Positions 7,882 through 15,987 of a stretch of DNA of 64,000 nt are shown here, piece by piece (positions within the stretch are counted from its first letter, which is position 1; each line of letters opens with the position of its first letter). Made by a program: the position numbers and the translations under genes. Source of the DNA: a virus. Taxonomy: Duplodnaviria; Caudoviricetes. The stretch covers positions 32,001 to 96,000 of IMG/VR virus record IMGVR_UViG_3300011008_000049; one strand, given 5' to 3'. The notes under the pieces are model-generated. The model saw only the letters and a list, made by a program, of their open reading frames with translations. It did no database searches and was not told the origin of the DNA.

Positions 7882-9135
7882 TTGTCAAAAGTATTTGAAA
7901 TTATTGAAAAAGAAAAGGCAAGGCAGGACAAAACATTTGAATTGATTGCAAGTGAAAACTTTGTAAGTGAAAATGTATTAAAAGCGGTTGGCTCTTGCCT
8001 TACAAACAAGTATTCTGAAGGTTATCCAAAGAACAGAATTTCCGGCAATAAAGGAAGATATTATGGTGGTTGTCACTTTGTTGATGAACTTGAAGAATAT
8101 TGTTGTGAAAAATGGAAAGAAGTATTTAACACAGATTATCATGTAAATGTTCAACCTCATAGCGGTTCATCAGCGAATCTTGCAGCATATATGTCTATAT
8201 TGGAGCAAGGAGATACAATTCTCGCCATGAACCTCAACAATGGCGGACATCTTACTCATGGCTCTCCTGTTAATTTTTCCGGAAAACTTTTTAACATGGT
8301 TTTTTATGATGTTGATTGCAATGGCTATATAGATTATTCCGATATGGAAGATAAAATATATAGATACCGTCCGAAACTTATTCTTGCAGGAGCAAGCGCA
8401 TATTCAAGAATTATTGATTTTGAAAGAATCAGAAAAATAATTGATGATGTTCTAATTTGCATTGCTCATGAGACGGTGGAACGACAAATATTCGATTATG
8501 ATGGAAATTTGATTTCGGAGTTGCCAGAACAATATAATCCGCTGTTTATGGTCGATATGGCGCATATTGCCGGGTTGGTTGCAGCAAATATTCATCCTTC
8601 TCCTTTCGGTGTTGCAGATATTATTACTACAACTACTCATAAAACATTGAGAGGGACACGAGGCGGCTTAATTTTCTGTAAGCCAGAATTGGCAAATAAG
8701 ATAGATAGTGCAGTATTCCCTTGTTGCCAGGGTGGGGCGTTACAACACGTTATCGCAGGAAAAGCAGTTACAGCGGAAGAAGATTGCACAGAGGAATTCA
8801 AACAGTATATCGTTAATGTTGTAAATAATTGTAAAGCAATGTGCAATGAGTTTATTACATTAGGATATGATGTTGTAACTGGTGGAACAGATAATCATTT
8901 ATTTCTGATTGATTTTTCAAGAACGCATCCACATCTCACTGGAAAAATGGTTCAGGATGAACTTGATAAACACGATATTTCATTAAATAAGAATTGTGTT
9001 CCGGGAGAAAAGAGAAAACCATCAGAAACAAGTGGTGTTCGTATCGGTACGGCTGCAATGACCACAAAAGGATGCACCGAAAAAGATTTTGTAGAAGTTG
9101 CAAGGCGAATTGATAGTATTATAAAAACAATGTAA
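7882..9135 (+). CDS. glyA: serine hydroxymethyltransferase
   Basis: LIASEN, NKYSEGYP, NVQPHSG, TTTTHKTLRG; likely TTG start at 7882 because ORF start 7798 lies inside unit 5. Confidence 0.95.
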   Translation: MSKVFEIIEKEKARQDKTFELIASENFVSENVLKAVGSCLTNKYSEGYPKNRISGNKGRYYGGCHFVDELEEYCCEKWKEVFNTDYHVNVQPHSGSSANLAAYMSILEQGDTILAMNLNNGGHLTHGSPVNFSGKLFNMVFYDVDCNGYIDYSDMEDKIYRYRPKLILAGASAYSRIIDFERIRKIIDDVLICIAHETVERQIFDYDGNLISELPEQYNPLFMVDMAHIAGLVAANIHPSPFGVADIITTTTHKTLRGTRGGLIFCKPELANKIDSAVFPCCQGGALQHVIAGKAVTAEEDCTEEFKQYIVNVVNNCKAMCNEFITLGYDVVTGGTDNHLFLIDFSRTHPHLTGKMVQDELDKHDISLNKNCVPGEKRKPSETSGVRIGTAAMTTKGCTEKDFVEVARRIDSIIKTM

Positions 9136-9142
9136 TAATCAT

Positions 9143-9271
9143 GCGGCTGGATGATACCATCCTTCTAATGTAATGGGAACTATGTGTCGTTGGTTCGAGT
9201 CCAACCGTCCCGGCAATCGGGACGTGGCGCAGTTGGTAGCGCAATAGTATTTAGGGTATCGAAATTACCGC
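9143..9271 (+). ncRNA. scaffold RNA unit 6 with circularly permuted tRNA-Pro(UGG) (YrlA-like)
   Basis: TGGGA-actat-T arm-cgtcccg-gcaat-cgggacg-D arm-atagt inside gatacc/ggtatc stem. Confidence 0.85.
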
Positions 9272-9305
9272 TTAAAAATAAATATAAATATTTTTGAAGA
9301 ACCTC

Positions 9306-9334
9306 TTGACATATTTATAAAAGTGTGATATAAT
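9306..9334 (+). promoter_or_regulatory. sigma-A promoter upstream of units 7-8
   Basis: TTGACA-17-TATAAT; near-identical copy at 31852-31880. Confidence 0.85.
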
Positions 9335-9361
9335 GACCATGTAATCGAAAAGGATATATGC

Positions 9362-9437
9362 GCGGCTGGAAATGCTCATCCTTCTATCAAGGAACAAACT
9401 TTTAATTTGTCAATCTAATAGAGCATAAAATTTCCGC
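9362..9437 (+). ncRNA. scaffold RNA unit 7, Lys(UUU) anticodon stem-loop cargo
   Basis: atgctc/gagcat stem; acaaa-ctTTTaa-tttgt at 9394-9410. Confidence 0.8.
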
Positions 9438-9448
9438 ATTACATATCT

Positions 9449-9587
9449 GTCGGCTGGTTGGATTCATCCTTCTATTTACATAATGCCAAACCGCCAATCG
9501 TGGGTTCAAATCCCACCTTCTTACGGAGTAAGATGTAGCCAAGTGGATAAGGCAGCGGTCTATTAAAGAGAATCCAAAATTACCGAC
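9449..9587 (+). ncRNA. scaffold RNA unit 8 with circularly permuted tRNA (GCC anticodon remnant, Gly-like)
   Basis: tGCCaa-accgc-T arm-cttctta-cggag-taagatg-D arm-gcggt inside ttggattc/gaatccaa stem. Confidence 0.85.
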
Positions 9588-9642
9588 TTTATATTATTCG
9601 ATTATAAATAAGACGGAGAAAAACCGTGACGGAGGTTTAACG

Positions 9643-10416
9643 ATGGCAAACAAGATTACGAGACAGGCTTCAAACGAAAAAGAAAAGATGTTCCTCGAAA
9701 GGTTCAATTCTCTTTGCTACACCAGAAGCAGTTGGCAAGTTTGGTCTGATTTCATAACTGCCGCCGCTATTGCTATTGCAAATTCAACGGAACAGAACCC
9801 GAAGATACATGAAGAAAGAGAAAAAGAATTCTCAAAATGTATTGAACGGCTCGGCGGTCAGGATATTCCGGCTGAAATGCTCGGAATAATTACGATGGCT
9901 CTCGAAGAAAATTCAGAACAAGATTTCCTTGGGAACATCTTTATGAAGCTCGAACTTGGAAGCCATTGGCATGGTCAGTTCTTTACACCGTATAACATTT
10001 GCGAGTTAATGGCTGAAATCAATTCTGATAATTTGAAACAGCAGATTGAAGATAAAGGATGGATTTCAGTAAATGATTGTGCTTGCGGTGCTGGTGCAAC
10101 ACTTATCGCGGCAGCGAATGTATTCAGAAAACACGATGTTAATTTTCAAGACCATGCTTTATTTGTAGCACAGGATGTTGATAGAATTGCTGGAATGATG
10201 TGTTTCATCCAATTATCATTAATCGGATGTTCTGGCTATGTTGTAATAGCAAATTCTTTAACAAGCCCTCTCACCGGCAACAGTGCTTTGTTTCCGGAAG
10301 AAAAAGAAGAACAAGAATTCTGGTACACGCCGATGTGGTTTTCAGATGTTTGGAATATGAGACGTGCTTGGAATCTAATGGATTTAATGTTTAGGAAAAT
10401 GTCAAATGAATTATAA
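9643..10416 (+). CDS. N6-DNA methylase-like protein (HsdM-related, no obvious NPPY)
   Basis: GQFFTPY, DCACGAG motif I. Confidence 0.7.
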   Translation: MANKITRQASNEKEKMFLERFNSLCYTRSSWQVWSDFITAAAIAIANSTEQNPKIHEEREKEFSKCIERLGGQDIPAEMLGIITMALEENSEQDFLGNIFMKLELGSHWHGQFFTPYNICELMAEINSDNLKQQIEDKGWISVNDCACGAGATLIAAANVFRKHDVNFQDHALFVAQDVDRIAGMMCFIQLSLIGCSGYVVIANSLTSPLTGNSALFPEEKEEQEFWYTPMWFSDVWNMRRAWNLMDLMFRKMSNEL

Positions 10417-10591
10417 GTTTATTTGTCCGAAATGCGGTAAGCAGGTCACTGTATCAATGCCAATTACAGAATATAAACCAGATGGTCATTACTGTGAATG
10501 TGGCGAAGAATTAAAACGAGATACGAATGATTTCTGCACATATAGTCCGAGAAATATAGAAGGATTTTTCGGAACTTCTAAAAAATCATAA
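10406..10591 (+). CDS. FmdB-like zinc-ribbon protein
   Basis: YKFICPKCG...CECG. Confidence 0.6.
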   Translation: MNYKFICPKCGKQVTVSMPITEYKPDGHYCECGEELKRDTNDFCTYSPRNIEGFFGTSKKS

Positions 10592-10746
10592 ATAACGACT
10601 TTCACAAAGCCTAACCGATACACTTTATATCATGTAGTTCTCCTTTCTGTTGTTCGTTTTGTTGTTGCTCATTTACTTATTTTAATCGGTTAAAACTGCA
10701 AATGCAGAGTGCAAAGTTTATTCGATAAAGGTCTTTGCACATATAT

Positions 10747-10831
10747 GCTGGCGTGGTGGAATTGGCAGACACGCAAGATTAAGGTTCTTGTTCCGTAAGG
10801 AGTGCAGGTTCAAGTCCTGTTGCCAGCACCA
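10747..10831 (+). tRNA. tRNA-Leu(AAG)
   Basis: caaga-ttAAGgt-tcttg, long variable arm, CCA. Confidence 0.88.
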
Positions 10832-10835
10832 TTAT

Positions 10836-10922
10836 GCGGGAGTGACGGAATTGGCAGACGTAGCGGACTTAAAATCCGCTGGTAGCAATACCGTGTGGGT
10901 TCAAGTCCCATCTCCCGCACCA
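10836..10922 (+). tRNA. tRNA-Leu(TAA)
   Basis: gcgga-ctTAAaa-tccgc. Confidence 0.93.
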
Positions 10923-10926
10923 ATAT

Positions 10927-11001
10927 ACTGCATTAGCTCAACGGTTAGAGCAATCGCCTTATAAGCGATAGACATTAGTTCGACTCTACTATGCAGTACC
11001 A
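10927..11001 (+). tRNA. tRNA-Ile(TAT)
   Basis: atcgc-ctTATaa-gcgat, CCA; one T-stem mismatch. Confidence 0.85.
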
Positions 11002-11083
11002 ACGGCGACTTTCTTAAAAGTTAGTTCTTTAAGCCGGAAAAATCAAAGTAAACTACGCTTGACATTCGGAGAGACGATAATAC

Positions 11084-11173
11084 GGTGAGGTGGCAGAGTC
11101 CGGCTTATTGCACCAGTCTTGAAAACTGGCGGCGGGAAACCGTCCCTGGGTTCAAATCCCAGCCTCACCGCCA
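11084..11173 (+). tRNA. tRNA-Ser(TGA)
   Basis: ccagt-ctTGAaa-actgg, long variable arm. Confidence 0.93.
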
Positions 11174-11319
11174 TAAGATTGCCGATGATACGAATATAGG
11201 CGGTGCAAATTGCTCATAAGTGTGAATCTCGCAAAGTCATCGTTAGCGACCTCCGTGGATGCTGCTCCTATGGCTGATGGCATCTATCGGCAATCGAAAT
11301 TATATTGCTGGAGGAAACA

Positions 11320-11589
11320 ATGTTTAGAAATGTTGTGGTTGGGAAACCTCTTGTGGATGTAAGAATGTTGTTATCGGAAGATGAGGAAGATTGGGAAAGA
11401 AATGAGAAAAAAGATACTCTTTTTACTGAAACAAGATTCCTTCCGGCAATATTAAAGGAAGCAGGTGTTGTTTCGTCAACCGGAGAAATAAGAAGAAACA
11501 AACCTGACCTTGTAATAAATTTGGATAAACCAGATTGTCTATGGGTTAAATGGGGCAAGAAATTTATTTACATAGTTGTCGGTGAATAA
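11320..11589 (+). CDS. small protein with S4-like RNA-binding motif
   Basis: LKEAGVVSSTGEIRRN resembles TyrRS C-terminal S4 motif; RBS GGAGG. Confidence 0.55.
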   Translation: MFRNVVVGKPLVDVRMLLSEDEEDWERNEKKDTLFTETRFLPAILKEAGVVSSTGEIRRNKPDLVINLDKPDCLWVKWGKKFIYIVVGE

Positions 11590-11592
11590 TAT

Positions 11593-11669
11593 GCGCCATT
11601 AGTTCAGATGGATAGAACAATGGACTTCTAATCCATAGGTCGAAGGTTCAAGTCCTTCATGGCGTGCCA
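11593..11669 (+). tRNA. tRNA-Arg(TCT)
   Basis: atgga-ctTCTaa-tccat. Confidence 0.93.
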
Positions 11670-11673
11670 ATAT

Positions 11674-11758
11674 GCTGGTATGACGGAATCGGCAGACGTG
11701 ACAGACTCAAAATCTGTTGCCGAGAGGCGTGTGAGTTCAAGTCTCACTACCAGTACCA
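11674..11758 (+). tRNA. tRNA-Leu(CAA)
   Basis: acaga-ctCAAaa-tctgt. Confidence 0.93.
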
Positions 11759-11759
11759 T

Positions 11760-11835
11760 TGCGGGATAGAGAAGCGGTCATCTCACGACCCTCATAAGGT
11801 CGGAATCGTGGGTTCGAGTCCCACTCCCGCAACCA
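11760..11835 (+). tRNA. tRNA-Met(CAT), initiator-like body
   Basis: cgacc-ctCATaa-ggtcg; lacks the GGG/CCC anticodon stem of fMet. Confidence 0.88.
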
Positions 11836-11838
11836 AAT

Positions 11839-11915
11839 CTGGATGTAGTTCAGTTTGGTAGAACGCTGCATTTGGGATGCAGAGGTCGCAGGTTCGAGTC
11901 CTGTCATCCAGACCA
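11839..11915 (+). tRNA. tRNA-Pro(TGG)
   Basis: ctgca-ttTGGga-tgcag. Confidence 0.93.
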
Positions 11916-11940
11916 TTATTAAACGAAAGGAATACTACAA

Positions 11941-12753
11941 ATGAAGTACGATGCACTTGGTCAGAGAATGAAAAAGTATGAATTCATTACAAGAACACAT
12001 CTCATTCCGAGAATGCCGGTGATTATTAGAATTGATGGTAAGGCGTTTCATACTTTTACGAGAGGGTTTAAGAAACCATTTGATGAAATTCTTGTAAAGA
12101 CCATGCAGGAAACAATGAAATATTTGTGTGAAAACATTCAAGGTTGTGTTCTTGGATATACGCAGTCTGATGAAATCACGTTGGTTCTTGTTGATTACAA
12201 GAAATTAGACTCATGCTCATGGTTCGATTACAACATTCAAAAGTGTGCGAGTGTTGCGGCAAGTATGGCTACAATGGCATTTAACAGGGAATTCGCACAT
12301 CAGGTCAGACGATATAAGGAAGAACGGATTAAAGATAAAACACATATATGGAATAGTTATAAAGACAATTATTATGCAACCATATATAACGCCATTAGTA
12401 AGGGAGCTATGTTCGATGCTCGTTGTTTCAATATTCCAAAGGAAGAAGTTTGTAATAACATTCTTTGGAGACAAAATGATGCAACAAGAAATTCAATAGA
12501 AATGGTTGGTCATGCGAATTTTTCACAATCGCAACTTCACAAAAAGAGTTGTAATGATATTCAGGATATGTTGATGTTGGAACGTGGAATCAATTGGAAC
12601 AATTTCCCGACACATCTGAAACGTGGTAGTTGTTGTATTCGTGAGGAATCAGATGAATCTGGCAGAACAAGATGGGTTGTTGATACTGAAATTCCGATTT
12701 TCAAAGGAGACGGAAGAAAGTACATTGACGATTTGATTTTCATAGGAGAATAA
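11941..12753 (+). CDS. Thg1-like tRNA-His guanylyltransferase / 3'-5' polymerase
   Basis: RIDGKAFHTFT, YTQSDEI, FDAR, WRQ.DA.RNS. Confidence 0.92.
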   Translation: MKYDALGQRMKKYEFITRTHLIPRMPVIIRIDGKAFHTFTRGFKKPFDEILVKTMQETMKYLCENIQGCVLGYTQSDEITLVLVDYKKLDSCSWFDYNIQKCASVAASMATMAFNREFAHQVRRYKEERIKDKTHIWNSYKDNYYATIYNAISKGAMFDARCFNIPKEEVCNNILWRQNDATRNSIEMVGHANFSQSQLHKKSCNDIQDMLMLERGINWNNFPTHLKRGSCCIREESDESGRTRWVVDTEIPIFKGDGRKYIDDLIFIGE

Positions 12754-12757
12754 AGAT

Positions 12758-13012
12758 ATGAGTTACCGCAGAAGTAAAGAGCGTAATAGGAGACTTAAAA
12801 AGTTATATGAAGAAACGAAACATTCTTACGGAAGCGGAGCATGGTATGACGAAGAAAAAGGTAGATACATAAGATACTATCCATCAAGTAGCACAGGATA
12901 TACAAAATATCTCCGTAGAATATCCAACAGAAAAATCCGCAGAATGAAAGATATGTCGCTGAAAGGTTGTCAATATAAAAAAGCATTTGACTATTGGTGG
13001 ACACTGTTTTGA
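12758..13012 (+). CDS. basic hypothetical protein
   Basis: ORF in operon. Confidence 0.55.
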   Translation: MSYRRSKERNRRLKKLYEETKHSYGSGAWYDEEKGRYIRYYPSSSTGYTKYLRRISNRKIRRMKDMSLKGCQYKKAFDYWWTLF

Positions 13013-13020
13013 GGTGAATA

Positions 13021-13500
13021 ATGAGACGATTATTTATAATGAGAAAAGACTTACATATGAGTCCTGGTAAACTTGCGGCACAGGTTGGACACTGTTCAGA
13101 GGTCTTTTGGCTGAATTGGATTAGAGGAAATGTTGCATTAAGAAGTGTTTCTGAAAGAGAGGAAATTCAGCCAGATACAGGAGAACCGGTTAAGATTTCA
13201 GAAATTCATTATGAAATCAAAGGAAATGTTGATTACAAAATATATGAAGATTATATTTGCGGTTCTATTGTTAAAACGATATGTGAGGCAAGAAATAAAA
13301 GTCATTTATTAAAAGCAATGGATATGGCTTATGAACTTGGGCTGATTGAAGGAACTGATTTTGGGCTGATATTTGATAATTGTATGACAGAACTTATTCC
13401 AGAAGAAGCAAATGGAACTACATTGACCGGAATTTGGTTCAGACCTCTTGATGATGATATTGCACATTCTATCAGCAAGAAATATCAACTTTATAAATGA
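13021..13500 (+). CDS. peptidyl-tRNA hydrolase Pth2-like
   Basis: RKDLHMSPGKLAAQVGH ... D...TE...GTTLT. Confidence 0.85.
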   Translation: MRRLFIMRKDLHMSPGKLAAQVGHCSEVFWLNWIRGNVALRSVSEREEIQPDTGEPVKISEIHYEIKGNVDYKIYEDYICGSIVKTICEARNKSHLLKAMDMAYELGLIEGTDFGLIFDNCMTELIPEEANGTTLTGIWFRPLDDDIAHSISKKYQLYK

Positions 13501-13796
13501 TGATAGAGGTTAAAAAGTTTATAGACCATTTTCATAATATCAGCAAAACGGATGATTTGACGGAAGTTTTCACTTGCGGATGCTGCTATTGGTTTGCATT
13601 TGTTTTATGTAGCAGATTCAAAGAAGCAAAGATGATGTATGACCCTGTAATAAATCATTTCGTTGCAGAAATAGATAACAGGTTGTACGACATCACAGGA
13701 GATGTTACTGGAAGATACAATGTTGTACCCTGGGATGAATATGAAGATGATTTAGAAAAAGCAAGAATAATCAAGTATTGTGTTGATTTTACATAG
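13497..13796 (+). CDS. hypothetical protein
   Basis: GCCYWFA...H...YDITG, overlapping start/stop. Confidence 0.55.
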   Translation: MMIEVKKFIDHFHNISKTDDLTEVFTCGCCYWFAFVLCSRFKEAKMMYDPVINHFVAEIDNRLYDITGDVTGRYNVVPWDEYEDDLEKARIIKYCVDFT

Positions 13797-13890
13797 TAAA
13801 TAAAATTACTGTTTTATTGTCAAAAATACCACAATATGTTGATTATAACAAAAAACATAAACACTATATATTGAGATTGAAGGAGTTAAT

Positions 13891-14643
13891 ATGGGCAATT
13901 ATTTAGATGGTAACGCAAGTGGCGTTTATTTGGACAGCAACTTTAATGTTGTAGGCTTTGAGCCAATTAACGGAGTTGAGTTGAAACAGAATATTGCAAG
14001 TTCTGATTGTACTCATAACTGCATTTCAAATTTCCCAAAATTTAATGATGGCGAGGTTACGATTACTATGCACTCAAAGGAAGTTGAAAATAAACTTTCG
14101 TGCTTGGCATTTCAGGGTGAAGTGCCGATGAATATGCCGAAAGAAGCATTGACCTATCTCTATGAGAAGTTCGGAGATTTGAAAGTTGGTGTATATAGAG
14201 ATGGCAAACTTGTTAAAATTCATCAGATTATTCCGTCTGTTAAAGATGTAAAAGTTATCGGTGATTCCGTAGTTATTATGTATTTCGCAGACGGAACGAC
14301 AGAAAAGGCTGTTTTGAATAAAGAAGATACTTTCTCTTTGGAACAGGGTATTTCGATTTGCTTGACAAAGAAGATGCTCTCTATGATTTCAGAGGATTCC
14401 GGCAGCTCGGTCTATAACAAGTTGGTTGAACATTGTCTCAACGTTTACAAGAATAACCGTCAGGCTGAACAGGATGAAGCACAGAAAAAGATTGCAGATA
14501 AGGAAGCAGCCAAGAAGTTTAAGGAGAAGTTGGACAGAAAGAAAGCGAGAAAAGCCGCAGAAAAGAGAGAGGCGCAGATTGAGATTCAGAAAGAAGCATA
14601 TCTGCGTGCAATGAAGGAATATAACGGCACTTCTGCTGAATAA
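13891..14643 (+). CDS. hypothetical protein with C-terminal coiled coil
   Basis: RBS AAGGAG, followed by terminator. Confidence 0.65.
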   Translation: MGNYLDGNASGVYLDSNFNVVGFEPINGVELKQNIASSDCTHNCISNFPKFNDGEVTITMHSKEVENKLSCLAFQGEVPMNMPKEALTYLYEKFGDLKVGVYRDGKLVKIHQIIPSVKDVKVIGDSVVIMYFADGTTEKAVLNKEDTFSLEQGISICLTKKMLSMISEDSGSSVYNKLVEHCLNVYKNNRQAEQDEAQKKIADKEAAKKFKEKLDRKKARKAAEKREAQIEIQKEAYLRAMKEYNGTSAE

Positions 14644-14654
14644 TTGAAGCAATA

Positions 14655-14681
14655 GGGAGTGTGAAACATCACTCCCGTTTT
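14655..14681 (+). terminator. intrinsic terminator
   Basis: gggagtg-loop-cactccc followed by T-run. Confidence 0.7.
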
Positions 14682-14850
14682 GCATTTTGGTGATGAAATA
14701 TGGGAGATTTAATACTTTTAGGATTTGCAATAATTGTTTTTGTTTATTTATTTTCCAGAGTATTTAGAAAAGAAAATCACGGATGCGGTTTTGATTGCAA
14801 AAGGTGTCCTTTTCCACCTTGCGACAAAGACACTATTAGGAGAATGAAAA

Positions 14851-15618
14851 ATGATTTACATAACCGGTGATACCCATGCACAGTTTAATAGGTTTTCTAC
14901 AAAGAATTTTCCGGAACAAAAGAATATGACAAGAGATGATTATGTCATTATCTGCGGTGATTTCGGGGGAATTTGGGATTATATCTTATCAAGTTCAACG
15001 GAAACTTATTGGTTAAATTGGCTTGCAGAGAAATCATTTACGCTTCTTTTTGTAGATGGAAACCATGAAAACTTTGATAGGCTAAAAGAATTTCCTGTTG
15101 TTAGTTATCACGGCGGTAAGGCACATCGAATAAGAGACAACATTTATCATCTTATGAGAGGATATGTGTTTGAGTTTGAAGGCAAAAAGTTCTTTACATT
15201 TGGCGGTGCGCAAAGTCACGATATTCAAGATGGTATTCTCGATATAAAGAACTATGAATCATTGACCGATTTAGTACATGATTATAACAAGAGAACCAAG
15301 AAAGGTGAAATGTTGCGAATAAATCATATTTCATGGTGGGCTAATGAACTTCCGGAGAAATATGAAATGAAACGCGGAATTGAGAATTTGAAAAAGGTAA
15401 ATTTTGAAGTTGACTATGTGATTTCTCATTGTTTGCCGCAAGATGTTTGTTCTGCTGCCGGGTATCGAAGCGCGGACAAATTGACGATGTATTTTAATTC
15501 TTTGATACTTGACCACAAGTTAAAATTCCATAGATGGTATTGTGGTCATTATCACAGAGAGCAAGCAATTTTCGGAAAATTTATTATCAAGTATGAAAAC
15601 ATTGAAAGGATTTTATAA
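14851..15618 (+). CDS. calcineurin-like metallophosphoesterase
   Basis: GDTH, GDFG, GNHEN, GHYH. Confidence 0.9.
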   Translation: MIYITGDTHAQFNRFSTKNFPEQKNMTRDDYVIICGDFGGIWDYILSSSTETYWLNWLAEKSFTLLFVDGNHENFDRLKEFPVVSYHGGKAHRIRDNIYHLMRGYVFEFEGKKFFTFGGAQSHDIQDGILDIKNYESLTDLVHDYNKRTKKGEMLRINHISWWANELPEKYEMKRGIENLKKVNFEVDYVISHCLPQDVCSAAGYRSADKLTMYFNSLILDHKLKFHRWYCGHYHREQAIFGKFIIKYENIERIL

Positions 15619-15987
15619 AAGCAAAAGATGAAACAGTCAAATAAAAAGAGGAACTATATCCGCAAGTGTGGATGTTGCGGACGTGTAGATGACCAGTCAA
15701 ATATGGTCAGAGTTAGCAAAAGACTTTCCGATAACGGGTGGCTTTGCGAGGACTGTTATGAAGATATTAAATATGAGGAATATGAAAACGATTATGAAGA
15801 TGATTGGTAGAAAGGAATAAAAATATGACATTTTTAGGCGGATTCATCGTTGGGATGATTGTCGGTGGAATTGTTGGTGTAATGGTTGCTGCGCTTGCCG
15901 TAATTAGTAGAGACAAGGCAGATGACGAGGAACAAGCCAGATATATCAGCGAAATGAAAGATAAAAACGAATATTAAGGTTAAGCAC

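Noticed and set aside
5166-9587. Scaffold units as a CRISPR array, theta/HDV ribozymes, T-boxes or glycine riboswitches for glyA
   Set aside because: No identical direct repeats or cas operon; no nested double pseudoknot seen; no T-box or glycine aptamer consensus; units also occur downstream of genes
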